From Sphingopyxis sp. (GTDB lineage Bacteria > Pseudomonadota > Alphaproteobacteria > Sphingomonadales > Sphingomonadaceae), in contig NZ_JAKFEM010000042.1 in the NCBI RefSeq assembly GCF_036675685.1, positions 55,880 to 119,879 of the forward strand: a DNA stretch of 64,000 nucleotides, given 5' to 3'. Below are positions 8,888 to 19,127 of this stretch, piece by piece. Every line of letters starts with the position of its first letter. Within the stretch, counting starts at the first letter, position 1. The notes under the pieces were generated by a model that was not told the origin of the DNA, did no database searches, and saw nothing but the letters and a program-made list of their open reading frames with translations. A program made the translations under genes and the position numbers.

Positions 8888-10837
8888 ATGCGCAGCCTTT
8901 TGATCATCGCATCTTTTCTCGCTCTCGCGCCGGTCGCGGCGCAGGCCCAGACTGCCGCACCGCCCGCTGGTGACGCCGTCTACACCAGCGATCTGATGAC
9001 GCGGTGGGGCAAGGAAGTGACACCCGAAAACGCCTGGCGTCTCTATCCGCGCCCGCAGATGGTGCGCGATCGCTGGGTCAACCTCAACGGCCTCTGGGAT
9101 TATGCCATCGCGCCCACGGCGGCCGAGCGTCCGGCGACGATGGACGGGAAAATCCTCGTGCCATTCCCGGTCGAGTCCAGGCTGTCGCGCGTCGCACGCA
9201 AGGTGACGCCCGACGACCGTGTCTGGTATCGCCGCAGCTTCACCGTCCCCGCCGAATGGCAGGGCGAGCATGTCATGCTCAACTTCGGCGCGGTCGATTA
9301 TGAGGCCACGGTGCGCGTCAACGGATCGGTCGTCGGCTCGCACAAGGGCGGTTTCGACGCTTTCGGTTTCGACATCACACCGTATATGAAATCGGGCGCG
9401 AACGAATTGATCGTCGAGGTCACCGATCCGACCAGCGTGGGCACGCAGCCGCGCGGCAAGCAGATCCTCGATCCCGCGGGCATCTGGTACACCGCGGTCA
9501 GCGGCATCTGGCAGACGGTGTGGATCGAGCCGGTCCCGAAGCTCCATATCGCAGAAGTGCGCGCAACCCCCGACATCGACCGCGGCACCGTCGATGTCGC
9601 CGTGGCGCTCTCCGGCTGGGCGAACGACAATGACGCGGTGCGGCTGACCGCGAGCGCGGGCGGCAAGACGGTCGCCTCGACGATCATTCGCGCCAACCGG
9701 CAGGCGTCGCTTGCCATTCCGAACGCGCATCTCTGGTCGCCGGACGACCCTCATCTCTATGATCTCAAGGTCGAGCTGGTGACGATCGCCGATCCCTATG
9801 CGGGCGAAGCCGAGCGCGACCGCAAGGCCTATGACTCGCGCTTCACCGATCATGAGCGGCGCGTCTATGCGAAGGCGCGGGTGCAGGGCGCGCCGCGCGA
9901 TAGCGTCGCGGCCTATTTCGCGATGCGTAAGATCTCGATCGGGCCCGGCCGGGTGGCGGGGCAGCCCGCGATCCTGCTCAACAACAAGCCGCTGTTCCAG
10001 CACGGCACGCTCGATCAGGGCTGGTGGCCCGACGGGCTTTATACGCCGCCGTCGGAGGAGGCGATGAAGAGCGACATCGTCTTCCTGAAGAAGGCGGGGT
10101 TCAACATGCTGCGCAAGCATATCAAGGTCGAACCCGCGCGCTATTATCACGACGCCGACCGGCTCGGCATGCTGATCTGGCAGGACATGCCCTCGGGCGG
10201 CGGCGAGGACCAGTATCTCGCCGGCACCAGTCAGTATCAGGCGATCTTCCCGTCGGAGACGATGGCCGAGCAGCAAAAGCAATTGTCCGAGATGATCGGC
10301 GAGCTGCGCGCCTTCCCCTCGATCGTGACGTGGGTCGTCAACAATGAGGGGTGGGGCCAATATGATTCGGCGACCCTGTCGCGTTTCGTGAAGGGGATCG
10401 ATCCGACGCGGCTGGTCGATGCCAATTCGGGCTGGCTCGACGTCGCGCCGAACGACTCCGATATGCTCGACATCCACACCTATGAGGATGTGCCGAAAAC
10501 GCCACTGCTGCAGGCCGACCGCGCGATCGTGCTCGGCGAATATGGCGGGGTCGGTTTCCCGGTGCCGGGGCATATCTGGAAGCCGGGCAAGGGCAATTGG
10601 AGCTATCAGGTCGCGCAGGACGAGAAGGAATATCTCGTCCGCTTCCGCCGCAAGATGGAAGGCGTGATCCGGCAGGCGAAGGAGGCCGGACTCAGCGCCT
10701 CGGTCTACACCCAGACGACCGACGTCGAGGACGAGATCAACGGCCTTTTGACCTATGACCGCGCGGTGCCGAAGGCGTCGGCGGAGGCGTTGGCTGAGAT
10801 CTCCGCGCCGCTGTGGAACACCCCGACTCCGGACTGA
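8888..10837 (+). CDS. GH2-family glycoside hydrolase, secreted (beta-mannosidase/beta-galactosidase-like)
   Basis: The signal peptide is MRSLLIIASFLALAPVAAQAQ. The GH2 sugar-binding pattern is WYRRSFTVPAEWQGEHVMLNFGAVDYEATVRVNG..GGFDAFGFDIT. The TIM-barrel part has FNMLRKHIKVEP and VVNNEGWGQ. Confidence 0.75.
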   Translation: MRSLLIIASFLALAPVAAQAQTAAPPAGDAVYTSDLMTRWGKEVTPENAWRLYPRPQMVRDRWVNLNGLWDYAIAPTAAERPATMDGKILVPFPVESRLSRVARKVTPDDRVWYRRSFTVPAEWQGEHVMLNFGAVDYEATVRVNGSVVGSHKGGFDAFGFDITPYMKSGANELIVEVTDPTSVGTQPRGKQILDPAGIWYTAVSGIWQTVWIEPVPKLHIAEVRATPDIDRGTVDVAVALSGWANDNDAVRLTASAGGKTVASTIIRANRQASLAIPNAHLWSPDDPHLYDLKVELVTIADPYAGEAERDRKAYDSRFTDHERRVYAKARVQGAPRDSVAAYFAMRKISIGPGRVAGQPAILLNNKPLFQHGTLDQGWWPDGLYTPPSEEAMKSDIVFLKKAGFNMLRKHIKVEPARYYHDADRLGMLIWQDMPSGGGEDQYLAGTSQYQAIFPSETMAEQQKQLSEMIGELRAFPSIVTWVVNNEGWGQYDSATLSRFVKGIDPTRLVDANSGWLDVAPNDSDMLDIHTYEDVPKTPLLQADRAIVLGEYGGVGFPVPGHIWKPGKGNWSYQVAQDEKEYLVRFRRKMEGVIRQAKEAGLSASVYTQTTDVEDEINGLLTYDRAVPKASAEALAEISAPLWNTPTPD

Positions 10838-11130
10838 CCGGCGGCGGGCGAGAGCGTGACGGCACCTGCTGTCCCCGGAGTCGGGGATGGCGGGCGCGAT
10901 GGTCTGCGGCCGTGAGCCGATTTCCACGCAAAACTACGAAAAACTGCGCGTTTTGACGGTTCCGTAACGATTCATCGCGTCCCGCCACCGGCTTGAAAAA
11001 TTTATTTTGACAAATTGTTTTTTATATTCTGATAGAGGCTCAACGGGTCGGATGATCCGCTGCCCGGTGACTCGATGGCACCGGATAACGAGTGGGGGCG
11101 AACAGCCCCTCGAACAGGGAGGTCGATGTG

Positions 11131-14127
11131 ATGAAGGCAGGACAAATCCATTCAGCGAAAGCGGCGCGGCGCGAGCGGCTGGTGCGCGAACTGATGCTGA
11201 GCGCGGGCACGCTCGCCGCGCTGTGCAGCGCCGGGCAGGCCCATGCGCAGGCAGCGCCGGCGACGCAGCCGCCGGCAGACGAGACGGCAGAGGCGCCGGG
11301 CGACGCGATCGTCGTCACCGGCTATCGCAAATCGATCGAGCAGAGCCTCGAACAGAAGCGCGAAGCCAATTCGCTGATCGAGGTCATCACCGCCGAGGAC
11401 ATTGGCAAATTCCCCGACAAGAACGTCGCCGACGCGCTGCAGCGCGTGCCGGGTGTGATCATCACCCGCGACGGCGGCGAGGGCAGCCGCGTCAGCATCC
11501 GCGGTCTTCAGTCGGACCTGACGCTGACCCTGCTCAACGGAAATTTCATCGCCGGCGCCGACAGCGGCGATCCGTCGCGTTCGTTCAACTATGTCCTGCT
11601 GCCGTCGAACTTCATCGCCAGCACCGAAGTCTACAAGTCCGCCGAGGCGCGGCTCGAAGAGGGCGGCGTCGGCGGCACGGTGATCCTCAACACCCGCCGT
11701 CCGTTCGACCTGCCGGCCTGGTCGGGCTTCGTCTCGGCCGAGGGCACCTATTCGGATACGACGAAGAAATTCGATCCGCAAATCGCCGGCCAGATTTCGT
11801 GGAAAGACCCCGAAGAGCGCCTCGGCTTCCTGATCGGCGCGACCTATCAGGAACGCGCGAATCGCGAATTGCGCGGTTCGACCGAGACCTGGCGCTGGTG
11901 GAGCGACCGCGACGCGAACGGCGACATCATAACGCCCGCGACCGACGTCAACGGCAATCCGTTCGAGAATGACGACGCGATTTCCTATTGGCCGGGCACC
12001 GGCGTGACGGGTCAGGACGGCAAGCATTACTCGGGCTATTGGGCGCCGCAGTCGGTCAATGCCGAAGTCTTTTCGCAGCAGCGCAAGCGCCTGGGCATCC
12101 AGGCGACCGCGCAGATGCGCCCGATCGAAAATCTGACCGTCACTGCCAATTATTTCCGCTTCGATTATAAGAGCAACTGGCAGAGCAACGTGCTCAAGAT
12201 CCCCGAATGGGGTTATGGCAATTTCTTCACCGCGCCGACCTTCGACGAGAGCGGCACGATCTTCCAGTCGGCGAATTTCCAGGTGCCCGCAGTTGGAACC
12301 GGATGCCTCGTCAACACGCCGCCGTGCACGATGGAAACGCCGCAGCTCGCGGGCTCGTACAGCCGCGAAAAGCAGGTTTCGAACACGTTCGAGACCGAGG
12401 TTGCCTGGAATCAGGACAATTTCGACGCGGTGCTGAAATTCGGCAAGACGCGGGCCACCGGCGGTCCGTCGATGCGCTTCGGCGTCGCTGTAAAGCCGCG
12501 CCTGACGGTGACCGGGCAGGAGCAGAACGGCAACTTCCTGAGCATGTGGGATTTCACCGGCGGAAATCTCAACATGGAATTCTCGCCCGAACTGCAGGAG
12601 AATATCAAGAACGGCATCGCCCAGATCGACGTCGGCTCGACCGGATCGGGCTTCACCAACAGCGCGATCACGCAGCGCTATGCGCAGCTCGATCTCGTCC
12701 GCCGCTTCGACAGCTTCCTCAGCGCGTTCCGTGTCGGCGGCAAGTGGCGCGAGATGAGCATCCACCGCGAAACCGGCCGCAACGAATGGTACGCCGATCC
12801 GGCGACCAAGCTGCGCTATCAGGACACGCCCGCGGGCGCCGTTGCTCGCCCCGAATATTTCTATGACAAGCCGATCGGCAACATCGCCGGCGGGTTCAAT
12901 GCGAGTTCGTTCCCCGGCATCAACTTCAGCAATTATCTCGACTATATCAACGAAACCTATGGCCCGTCGGTGCGCGTCCCCGAGCCGAACAACACCTATG
13001 ACCTGAAGGAGAAGGTGTTCGCCGGCTATGTCCAGGCCGATTTCGCAACCGGCCCGCTGCGCGGCAACATCGGCGTCCGCGTTGCGCACACGAAGCAGTC
13101 GGGCTTGACCTCGGATCGCCTGCAATTCCTCAACGACTATTGCGTCAACGGCCCGGGCGGCCCGTTCGATCCGAACGTGCCGATCGGCCCCGACGGCAAT
13201 TGCCAGGTGCTGCCGCTTTCGCAGCGCGAGGTGATCGTCAACACCCAGGTCGACCAGTCGAAAAGCTACACCGACTGGCTGCCGAGCCTGAACGTCGTCT
13301 ATGAGGTCACACCGGATATCGTCGTACGCGGCGCGGTCGCCAAGGTGATTGCGCGCCCGTCGTTCAACGATCTGGGGTCGCAGCGTTCGCTCACCTATCG
13401 TTCGGAGGCCTATGCCTTTGACCGCGGCCAGTTCGGCGAATTCGAAGGCTGGTCGGGCAGCGGCGGCAACGCCGATCTCCAGCCCTTCTCTGCCTGGCAG
13501 TACGACCTTGGCGTCGAATGGTATTTCAAGCGCGGCTCGGTGCTCGGCGTCGGCCTATTCCGCAAGGACGTGTCCGACTTCGTCGTTCCGCTCGTGCTCG
13601 ACGTGACACGCGAAGTGAATGGCGAACAGGTGCTGATCCAGCCCTATTCGACCGTCGCCAACGGCTCGAACGCCAAGTCGCAGGGCGTCGAAGTCTACGC
13701 CCAGCACACGTTCGATTTCGGCCTCGGTGCGCAGGTGAACTTCACCTATAACGACACCTCGGTCGCCGACATCACACTCGACGGCGAGACAGTGGGCAAA
13801 TCGGCACTCGTCGGCAGCGCGAAGACGCAGGTCAACGCGTCGGTCTTCTACGAAACCGACAAATTCCTCGTCCGCGCTTCGTACAACCGCCGCGGCGAAG
13901 TTGTCGAAGGGCTCTCTTCGGGTCTCAACATCTACACCGACCCCTATGAACAGGTCGACATCAACGCGTCGTACGAGCTGATGGACGGGCTGATGCTCAC
14001 CGCTTCGGTCATCAACCTGACCAAATCGGAAGAGCGCCAGCACCTTGGTAACGACACCAAGGATCGCTTTGTCCGCAGCAACTACTTCGGTCGCCGCGCC
14101 TATGTTGGTGTGTCATACAAGTTCTGA
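11131..14127 (+). CDS. TonB-dependent receptor (glycan uptake candidate)
   Basis: ATG 11131 follows GGGAGG. The signal peptide ends AHAQA. The plug region is IVVTGYRKSIEQSLEQKREANSLIEVITAEDIGKFPDKNVADALQRVPGV. A long beta-barrel ends ...YVGVSYKF with a terminal Phe. Confidence 0.9.
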   Translation: MKAGQIHSAKAARRERLVRELMLSAGTLAALCSAGQAHAQAAPATQPPADETAEAPGDAIVVTGYRKSIEQSLEQKREANSLIEVITAEDIGKFPDKNVADALQRVPGVIITRDGGEGSRVSIRGLQSDLTLTLLNGNFIAGADSGDPSRSFNYVLLPSNFIASTEVYKSAEARLEEGGVGGTVILNTRRPFDLPAWSGFVSAEGTYSDTTKKFDPQIAGQISWKDPEERLGFLIGATYQERANRELRGSTETWRWWSDRDANGDIITPATDVNGNPFENDDAISYWPGTGVTGQDGKHYSGYWAPQSVNAEVFSQQRKRLGIQATAQMRPIENLTVTANYFRFDYKSNWQSNVLKIPEWGYGNFFTAPTFDESGTIFQSANFQVPAVGTGCLVNTPPCTMETPQLAGSYSREKQVSNTFETEVAWNQDNFDAVLKFGKTRATGGPSMRFGVAVKPRLTVTGQEQNGNFLSMWDFTGGNLNMEFSPELQENIKNGIAQIDVGSTGSGFTNSAITQRYAQLDLVRRFDSFLSAFRVGGKWREMSIHRETGRNEWYADPATKLRYQDTPAGAVARPEYFYDKPIGNIAGGFNASSFPGINFSNYLDYINETYGPSVRVPEPNNTYDLKEKVFAGYVQADFATGPLRGNIGVRVAHTKQSGLTSDRLQFLNDYCVNGPGGPFDPNVPIGPDGNCQVLPLSQREVIVNTQVDQSKSYTDWLPSLNVVYEVTPDIVVRGAVAKVIARPSFNDLGSQRSLTYRSEAYAFDRGQFGEFEGWSGSGGNADLQPFSAWQYDLGVEWYFKRGSVLGVGLFRKDVSDFVVPLVLDVTREVNGEQVLIQPYSTVANGSNAKSQGVEVYAQHTFDFGLGAQVNFTYNDTSVADITLDGETVGKSALVGSAKTQVNASVFYETDKFLVRASYNRRGEVVEGLSSGLNIYTDPYEQVDINASYELMDGLMLTASVINLTKSEERQHLGNDTKDRFVRSNYFGRRAYVGVSYKF

Positions 14128-14155
14128 TGGGGCCCATACCCCAGCTCTCCCACTT

Positions 14156-14179
14156 GGGTGGCTCCGCAAGGAGCCACCC
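14156..14179 (+). terminator. Hairpin downstream of the TBDR gene (GGGTGGCTCC-GCAA-GGAGCCACCC)
   Basis: A perfect 10-bp stem with a GNRA-like loop lies 29 nt after the stop codon. It is followed by ACCTCTTTCC, which is only a weak T-tract. Confidence 0.55.
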
Positions 14180-14253
14180 ACCTCTTTCCGGGCGCGCGGG
14201 TTCATGCTTCGGTACGGCAAATTTATAACGGATAGATGGGGAGGGACGCAGGC

Positions 14254-15327
14254 GTGCGTGTCGGGTTGAAATCGCTGATCCTGGGTGCAACGCTGTTGGC
14301 CAGCGGCACCGCTTCGGCGCAGAATCCGATCGTCCCCGGCTGGTACGCCGACCCCGAAATGCGTGTCTTCGGCGATCGCTACTGGATCTATCCCACTTAT
14401 TCGGACCATGGCGAGACGCCGGACGTCTCAAAGCATTTCAGCGAAAAGCAGAAGGAATTGCGCGAGCAAAAGACGGTCAGGCCTTCCTATCATTTCCAGA
14501 CCTTCTTTAACGCCTTTTCATCGCCCGACCTCGTCCACTGGACGAAGCACGACCATGCTCTCGATGTCGAGAATGTCGCCTGGGCCGCCTATGCCGTGTG
14601 GGCGCCCTCGGCGATCGAGAAGGACGGCAAATATTATCTCTTCTTCGGCGCGAACGATATTCAGTCGGACGACCAGCTTGGCGGCATCGGCGTTGCGGTC
14701 AGCAATCGCCCCGAGGGGCCGTTCAAGGATGCGATCGGCAAGCCGCTGATCGACGCCTTCCATAATGGCGCGCAGCCGATCGACCAGTTCGTCTTTCGCG
14801 ACGACGATGGGCAGCATTATCTCTATTATGGCGGCTGGAAGCATTGCAACGTCGTGCGGCTGGGCGGCGACCTGACCTCGATCGAGCCTTTTGCCGACGG
14901 CACGACCTATAAGGAAATCACGCCCCCCGGCTATGTCGAGGGTTCGTTCATGGTGAAGCGCAAGGGCGTCTATTATCTGATGTGGTCGGAGGGCGGCTGG
15001 ACTGGCCCCGACTATTCGGTCGCCTATGCGATGGGGCCGTCGCCCACCGGGCCGTTCAAGCTGATGGGCAAGATATTGAGCCAGGATTTCAAGATCGCGC
15101 GCGGCGCGGGGCATCATTCGGTGGTCAATGTGCCGGGTACCGACGACTGGTATATCGCGTACCATCGCCGTCCGCTCGATGAAACAAGCGGTGAGCGGCG
15201 CCAGCTCGCGATCGACCGTATGACCTTCAACGCCGACGGCACGATCGCGCCGGTGATAATGACGAACGAGGGCGTCGCAGCGCGCCCGCTGCCGGGATCG
15301 CCGGCAAACAGGGGAGAGACGAAGTGA
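14254..15327 (+). CDS. GH43-family glycoside hydrolase, secreted
   Basis: Uses the frame of ORF 14236..15327. GTG 14254 lies 8 nt after GGGGAGGG; ATG 14236 is the alternative. After the signal peptide come NPIVPGWYADPEMRVFGDRYWIYPT, the GH43 N-terminal catalytic Asp motif, and WAPS..YYLFF. Confidence 0.8.
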   Translation: MRVGLKSLILGATLLASGTASAQNPIVPGWYADPEMRVFGDRYWIYPTYSDHGETPDVSKHFSEKQKELREQKTVRPSYHFQTFFNAFSSPDLVHWTKHDHALDVENVAWAAYAVWAPSAIEKDGKYYLFFGANDIQSDDQLGGIGVAVSNRPEGPFKDAIGKPLIDAFHNGAQPIDQFVFRDDDGQHYLYYGGWKHCNVVRLGGDLTSIEPFADGTTYKEITPPGYVEGSFMVKRKGVYYLMWSEGGWTGPDYSVAYAMGPSPTGPFKLMGKILSQDFKIARGAGHHSVVNVPGTDDWYIAYHRRPLDETSGERRQLAIDRMTFNADGTIAPVIMTNEGVAARPLPGSPANRGETK

Positions 15328-17666
15328 AGACGATCCGCAAGATGATGCTGAGCGCCGCCGCAAGCGCGCTTGTGCTCACCAGCGTCGGGACGCCCGCGGC
15401 GCTCGCGCAGTCGGGCACGCAGCAGACCGCGCTCGTCGATTTCGTCAACCCGCTGATGGGCACCGATTCGAGCTACCGCCTGTCGTACGGCAACACCTAT
15501 CCCGCGGTCGCGGTGCCCTTTGGCATGAACAGCTGGACCCCGGTGACCGGTGAACCGGGAAACGGCTGGGGCTATACCTATGACGGCGAAAAGATCAGCG
15601 GCATCAAGCAGACGCACCAGCCGAGCCCGTGGATGAACGACTATGCCGCTTTCGCGCTGATGGCCGAAACCGGCCCGGTGAAGGTCAAGCAGCAGGACCG
15701 CGGCAGCTGGTTCAGCCACAAGGCTGAGGTCGCGCGCCCCTATTCGTACAAAGTCTATCTCGCAGATTATGACGTGACCGCGGAGGTCGCGCCGACCGAG
15801 CGCGCCGCGCAGTTCCGCTTCACCTTCCCCGAGAGCGATGACGCGCACATCCTGCTCGACGGTCTCGCTGGCGGCTCGATGGTCAAGGTTGACGTCAAGA
15901 ACCGCCGCATCACCGGCTATGTCCGCAACAACAGCGGCGGCGTGCCCGACAATTTCCACAATTATTTCGTCGCCGAATTCGACCGCGACTTCACGCTCGC
16001 GCGCACCTGGGCGGGCGAGAACGCGCCGACGAACGAACTCGCGCGCGAGGGCGATCATGTCGGCGCGGTGCTGAGCTTCAAGACCAAGAAGGGCGACAAG
16101 GTCCATGTCCGCGTCGCGTCGTCGTTCATCAGCCCCGAACAGGCGTTGCTGAACTTGCGCAGCGAAATCGGCAGTGACAGCTTCGATGCGACGCAAGCAA
16201 AGGCGAAGGCGGCGTGGGAAAAGGAACTCTCGCGCATCCGTGTGACCGATCCCGACCCCGAAAAGGTCCGCACCTTCTATTCGTCGCTGTACCGGATGCT
16301 GCAATTCCCGCGCATGTTCCACGAAAAGGACGCGACCGGAAAGATCGTCCACTACAGCCCGTACGACGGCAAGGTGCATGACGGTTACATGTTCACCGAC
16401 AACGGCTTCTGGGACACCTGGCGCGCGGTCTTCCCCTTCTTCGCGCTGATGTATCCCGACCTCGACAGCCAGATCATGCAGGGGCTGGTCAACACCTATA
16501 AGGAGGGCGGCTGGCTGCCCGAATGGGCAAGCCCCGGCTATCGCAACGTGATGATCGGGTCGAACTCGGCGAACCTGATCGCCGACGCCTATTTCAACGG
16601 TGTGCGCGGTTTCGACGTCGAGACGCTCTATGAAGCGATGATCAAGAATGCGACGACAAGCGAGGGCCGGCCGAAGGACAAGGCGGGCAAGGTGATCGCC
16701 GCGGTCGGGCGCGAGGGCGCCGAATATTACAACCAGCTCGGCTATGTCCCCTATGACGTCGGCATCAACGAGAATGCCGCACGCACGCTCGAATATGCGA
16801 CCGCCGACTTTTCGATCGCGCAGCTCGCGAAAGCGCTCGGCAAGGATGCCGATGCGAAGAAATATCGCGAAAGGGCGCTGAACTATCAGAAGCTCTACGA
16901 CAATCAGAGCGGCTGGATCCGCGGCCGCAACCAGGACGGGTCGTGGTCGACGCCGTTCAACCCGTACAAATGGGGCGACGCCTTCACCGAGGGTAACGCG
17001 CTTCATTACAGCTGGGCGGTGATGCAGGACGTCCAGGGGCTGATGACGCTGATGGGTGGGCGCGAGAAATTCGTCGAGCGGCTCGATGCGATCTTCACCA
17101 CCCCGCCGATCTTCGACGAAAGCTATTACGGCCAGGTGATCCACGAGATCCGCGAGATGCAGATCGTCGACATGGGCCAATATGCCCACGGCAACCAGCC
17201 GATCCAGCACATGCCCTATCTCTACAACTGGGCGGGTGCGCCGTGGAAGACGCAGCATCGTGTGCGCGACATCATGGCGAAGCTCTATTCTTCGGCGCCT
17301 GACGGCTATCCGGGCGACGAGGATAATGGCCAGACCTCGGCCTGGTACGTCTTCTCGGCATTGGGCTTCTACCCGGTCGCCTCGGCGACGGGCGAATATG
17401 CGATCGGCAGCCCGCTGTTCCAAAAGGCGGTGCTGACGATGCCGAACGGCAAGACGCTGACGATCAACGCCGCGAATAATAGCGCGACGAACGTCTATCT
17501 TCAGTCGGTCGCGCTTGGCGGGAAGCCGCAGAGCAAGACCTATTTCACCCATCGCGCGCTGTCGCAGGGCGGCACGGTCGACTTCGTGATGGGCGCCAAG
17601 CCGAACAAGCAATGGGGCGCCGCCCCCGCCGATGCGCCCTTCTCGATCAGCGCGCGTGGAAAGTAG
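15324..17666 (+). CDS. GH92-family alpha-mannosidase, secreted (paralog 2)
   Basis: The GTG start overlaps the GH43 stop (GTGA). The protein has a Sec signal peptide. Motifs seen: VDFVNPLMGT, GQYAHGNQPIQHMPYLYNW and PGDEDNGQTSAWYVFSALGFYPV. Confidence 0.9.
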   Translation: MKTIRKMMLSAAASALVLTSVGTPAALAQSGTQQTALVDFVNPLMGTDSSYRLSYGNTYPAVAVPFGMNSWTPVTGEPGNGWGYTYDGEKISGIKQTHQPSPWMNDYAAFALMAETGPVKVKQQDRGSWFSHKAEVARPYSYKVYLADYDVTAEVAPTERAAQFRFTFPESDDAHILLDGLAGGSMVKVDVKNRRITGYVRNNSGGVPDNFHNYFVAEFDRDFTLARTWAGENAPTNELAREGDHVGAVLSFKTKKGDKVHVRVASSFISPEQALLNLRSEIGSDSFDATQAKAKAAWEKELSRIRVTDPDPEKVRTFYSSLYRMLQFPRMFHEKDATGKIVHYSPYDGKVHDGYMFTDNGFWDTWRAVFPFFALMYPDLDSQIMQGLVNTYKEGGWLPEWASPGYRNVMIGSNSANLIADAYFNGVRGFDVETLYEAMIKNATTSEGRPKDKAGKVIAAVGREGAEYYNQLGYVPYDVGINENAARTLEYATADFSIAQLAKALGKDADAKKYRERALNYQKLYDNQSGWIRGRNQDGSWSTPFNPYKWGDAFTEGNALHYSWAVMQDVQGLMTLMGGREKFVERLDAIFTTPPIFDESYYGQVIHEIREMQIVDMGQYAHGNQPIQHMPYLYNWAGAPWKTQHRVRDIMAKLYSSAPDGYPGDEDNGQTSAWYVFSALGFYPVASATGEYAIGSPLFQKAVLTMPNGKTLTINAANNSATNVYLQSVALGGKPQSKTYFTHRALSQGGTVDFVMGAKPNKQWGAAPADAPFSISARGK

Positions 17667-17667
17667 G

Positions 17668-19113
17668 ATGAGCATGACCCCCAATCGCCGCGAGATCATG
17701 GCCGGCGCCGGCGCGCTCGCGCTGGCGGCCGCGATGCCCGCCGCCGCACGCGCCGCTGCGGGCGGCTTCGCCAGCAAGCGTCCGGCGCCTGCGCAGCGCG
17801 CCTTCACCAGCCCCGCGATCGAGGCCGAGATCGCGCGGGTGAAGGCGAAGATCGCCGACCCCGAACTCGCCTGGTTGTTCGAAAATTGCTACCCGAACAC
17901 GCTCGACACGACGGTGCAGACGGGCACGCTTGATGGCCGCCCCGACACCTTCGTGATCACCGGCGATATCGAGGCGATGTGGCTGCGCGACAGCTCGGCG
18001 CAGGTGCAGCCCTATATCCACCTCGTCGCCAAGGACGCGAAGCTCAAGCGGCTGTTCCAGGGGCTGATCCAGCGGCAGGCGCGCTGCATCCTGATCGACC
18101 CCTATGCCAATGCGTTCGACAAGGATCCGACCGCGCCGTCGAAGCTCGAATGGTCGCAGACCGACAAGACCGAGATGAAGCCCGGTGTCGCCGAGCGGAA
18201 GTGGGAAATCGACTCGCTCTGCTATCCGATGCGGCTGTCCCACGAATATTGGACGCGCTCGCGCGACAAGACGCCGTTCGACGACATATGGTCGCGCGCG
18301 ATGAAACTCGCGGTGGAGACCTTCCGCGCCCAGCAGCGCAAGGATGGGCCGGGCCCCTACAGCTTCCAGCGCCCGGCGCTCCAGCCTACCGACAGCGTGA
18401 TGCTGAGCGGTTATGGTTCGCCGACGAAAAAAGTCGGCCTGATCCACTCGATGTTCCGCCCGTCGGACGATGCGTGCCTCTATCCCTTCCTGATCCCGTC
18501 GAACCTGTTCGCGGTGTCGGTGCTCCGCAAGATCGCCATCGTTCACCGCGAAGCGCGCGGAGACAGTGCCGCGGCGGCCGACGCCGAGGCGCTCGCCGCC
18601 GAGGTCGAGGCCGCGCTGAAAGCGCATGCGCTGATCGACGACGGCAAGGGCGGTCAGGTCTGGGCCTATGAAATCGACGGCTTCGGCAACTGGGTGTTCA
18701 TGGACGACGCCAATGTGCCGAGCCTGTCGGGCCTGCCGCTGATCGACGTCGTCGACAAGAACGATCCGATTTTCCTTCGCACCGCCGCGCTCGCCTGGTC
18801 CGACCGCAACCCCTATTTCTTCAAGGGCACGGCCGCAGAGGGGATCGGCGGGCCCCACATCGGCCTCGACATGATCTGGCCAATGTCGATCATCACCCGC
18901 GCGATGAACGCCGACGACGATGCGACGATCCTGCAATGCCTGCGCTGGCTGAAGACGACGCATGGCGGCACCGGCTTCATGCACGAAAGCTTCCACAAGG
19001 ACGATCCGAAGAATTTCACGCGCAGCTGGTTCGCCTGGGCCAACGCGCTGTTCGGCCAGCTGATCGTCGAGGTCGCCGACAAGCGCCCCGCGCTGCTGGC
19101 ACGGCCGCTGTGA
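17668..19113 (+). CDS. GH125-family exo-alpha-1,6-mannosidase (DUF1237), Tat signal
   Basis: ATG 17668 lies 1 nt after the GH92-2 stop. The leader has a twin-arginine motif, MSMTPNRREIMAGAGALALAAAMPAAARA. GDIEAMWLRDSSAQVQPY and FMHESF are typical of GH125. Confidence 0.8.
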   Translation: MSMTPNRREIMAGAGALALAAAMPAAARAAAGGFASKRPAPAQRAFTSPAIEAEIARVKAKIADPELAWLFENCYPNTLDTTVQTGTLDGRPDTFVITGDIEAMWLRDSSAQVQPYIHLVAKDAKLKRLFQGLIQRQARCILIDPYANAFDKDPTAPSKLEWSQTDKTEMKPGVAERKWEIDSLCYPMRLSHEYWTRSRDKTPFDDIWSRAMKLAVETFRAQQRKDGPGPYSFQRPALQPTDSVMLSGYGSPTKKVGLIHSMFRPSDDACLYPFLIPSNLFAVSVLRKIAIVHREARGDSAAAADAEALAAEVEAALKAHALIDDGKGGQVWAYEIDGFGNWVFMDDANVPSLSGLPLIDVVDKNDPIFLRTAALAWSDRNPYFFKGTAAEGIGGPHIGLDMIWPMSIITRAMNADDDATILQCLRWLKTTHGGTGFMHESFHKDDPKNFTRSWFAWANALFGQLIVEVADKRPALLARPL

Positions 19114-19127
19114 GCGGGGAGGGGACG

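Noticed and set aside
10991-11030. An attempt to assign exact -35/-10 hexamers for the TBDR promoter (TTGACA at 11007-11012).
   Set aside because: The spacing to any TAnnnT-like hexamer is non-canonical (about 11 or about 18 nt). I report only an AT-rich candidate regulatory region, not a promoter call.
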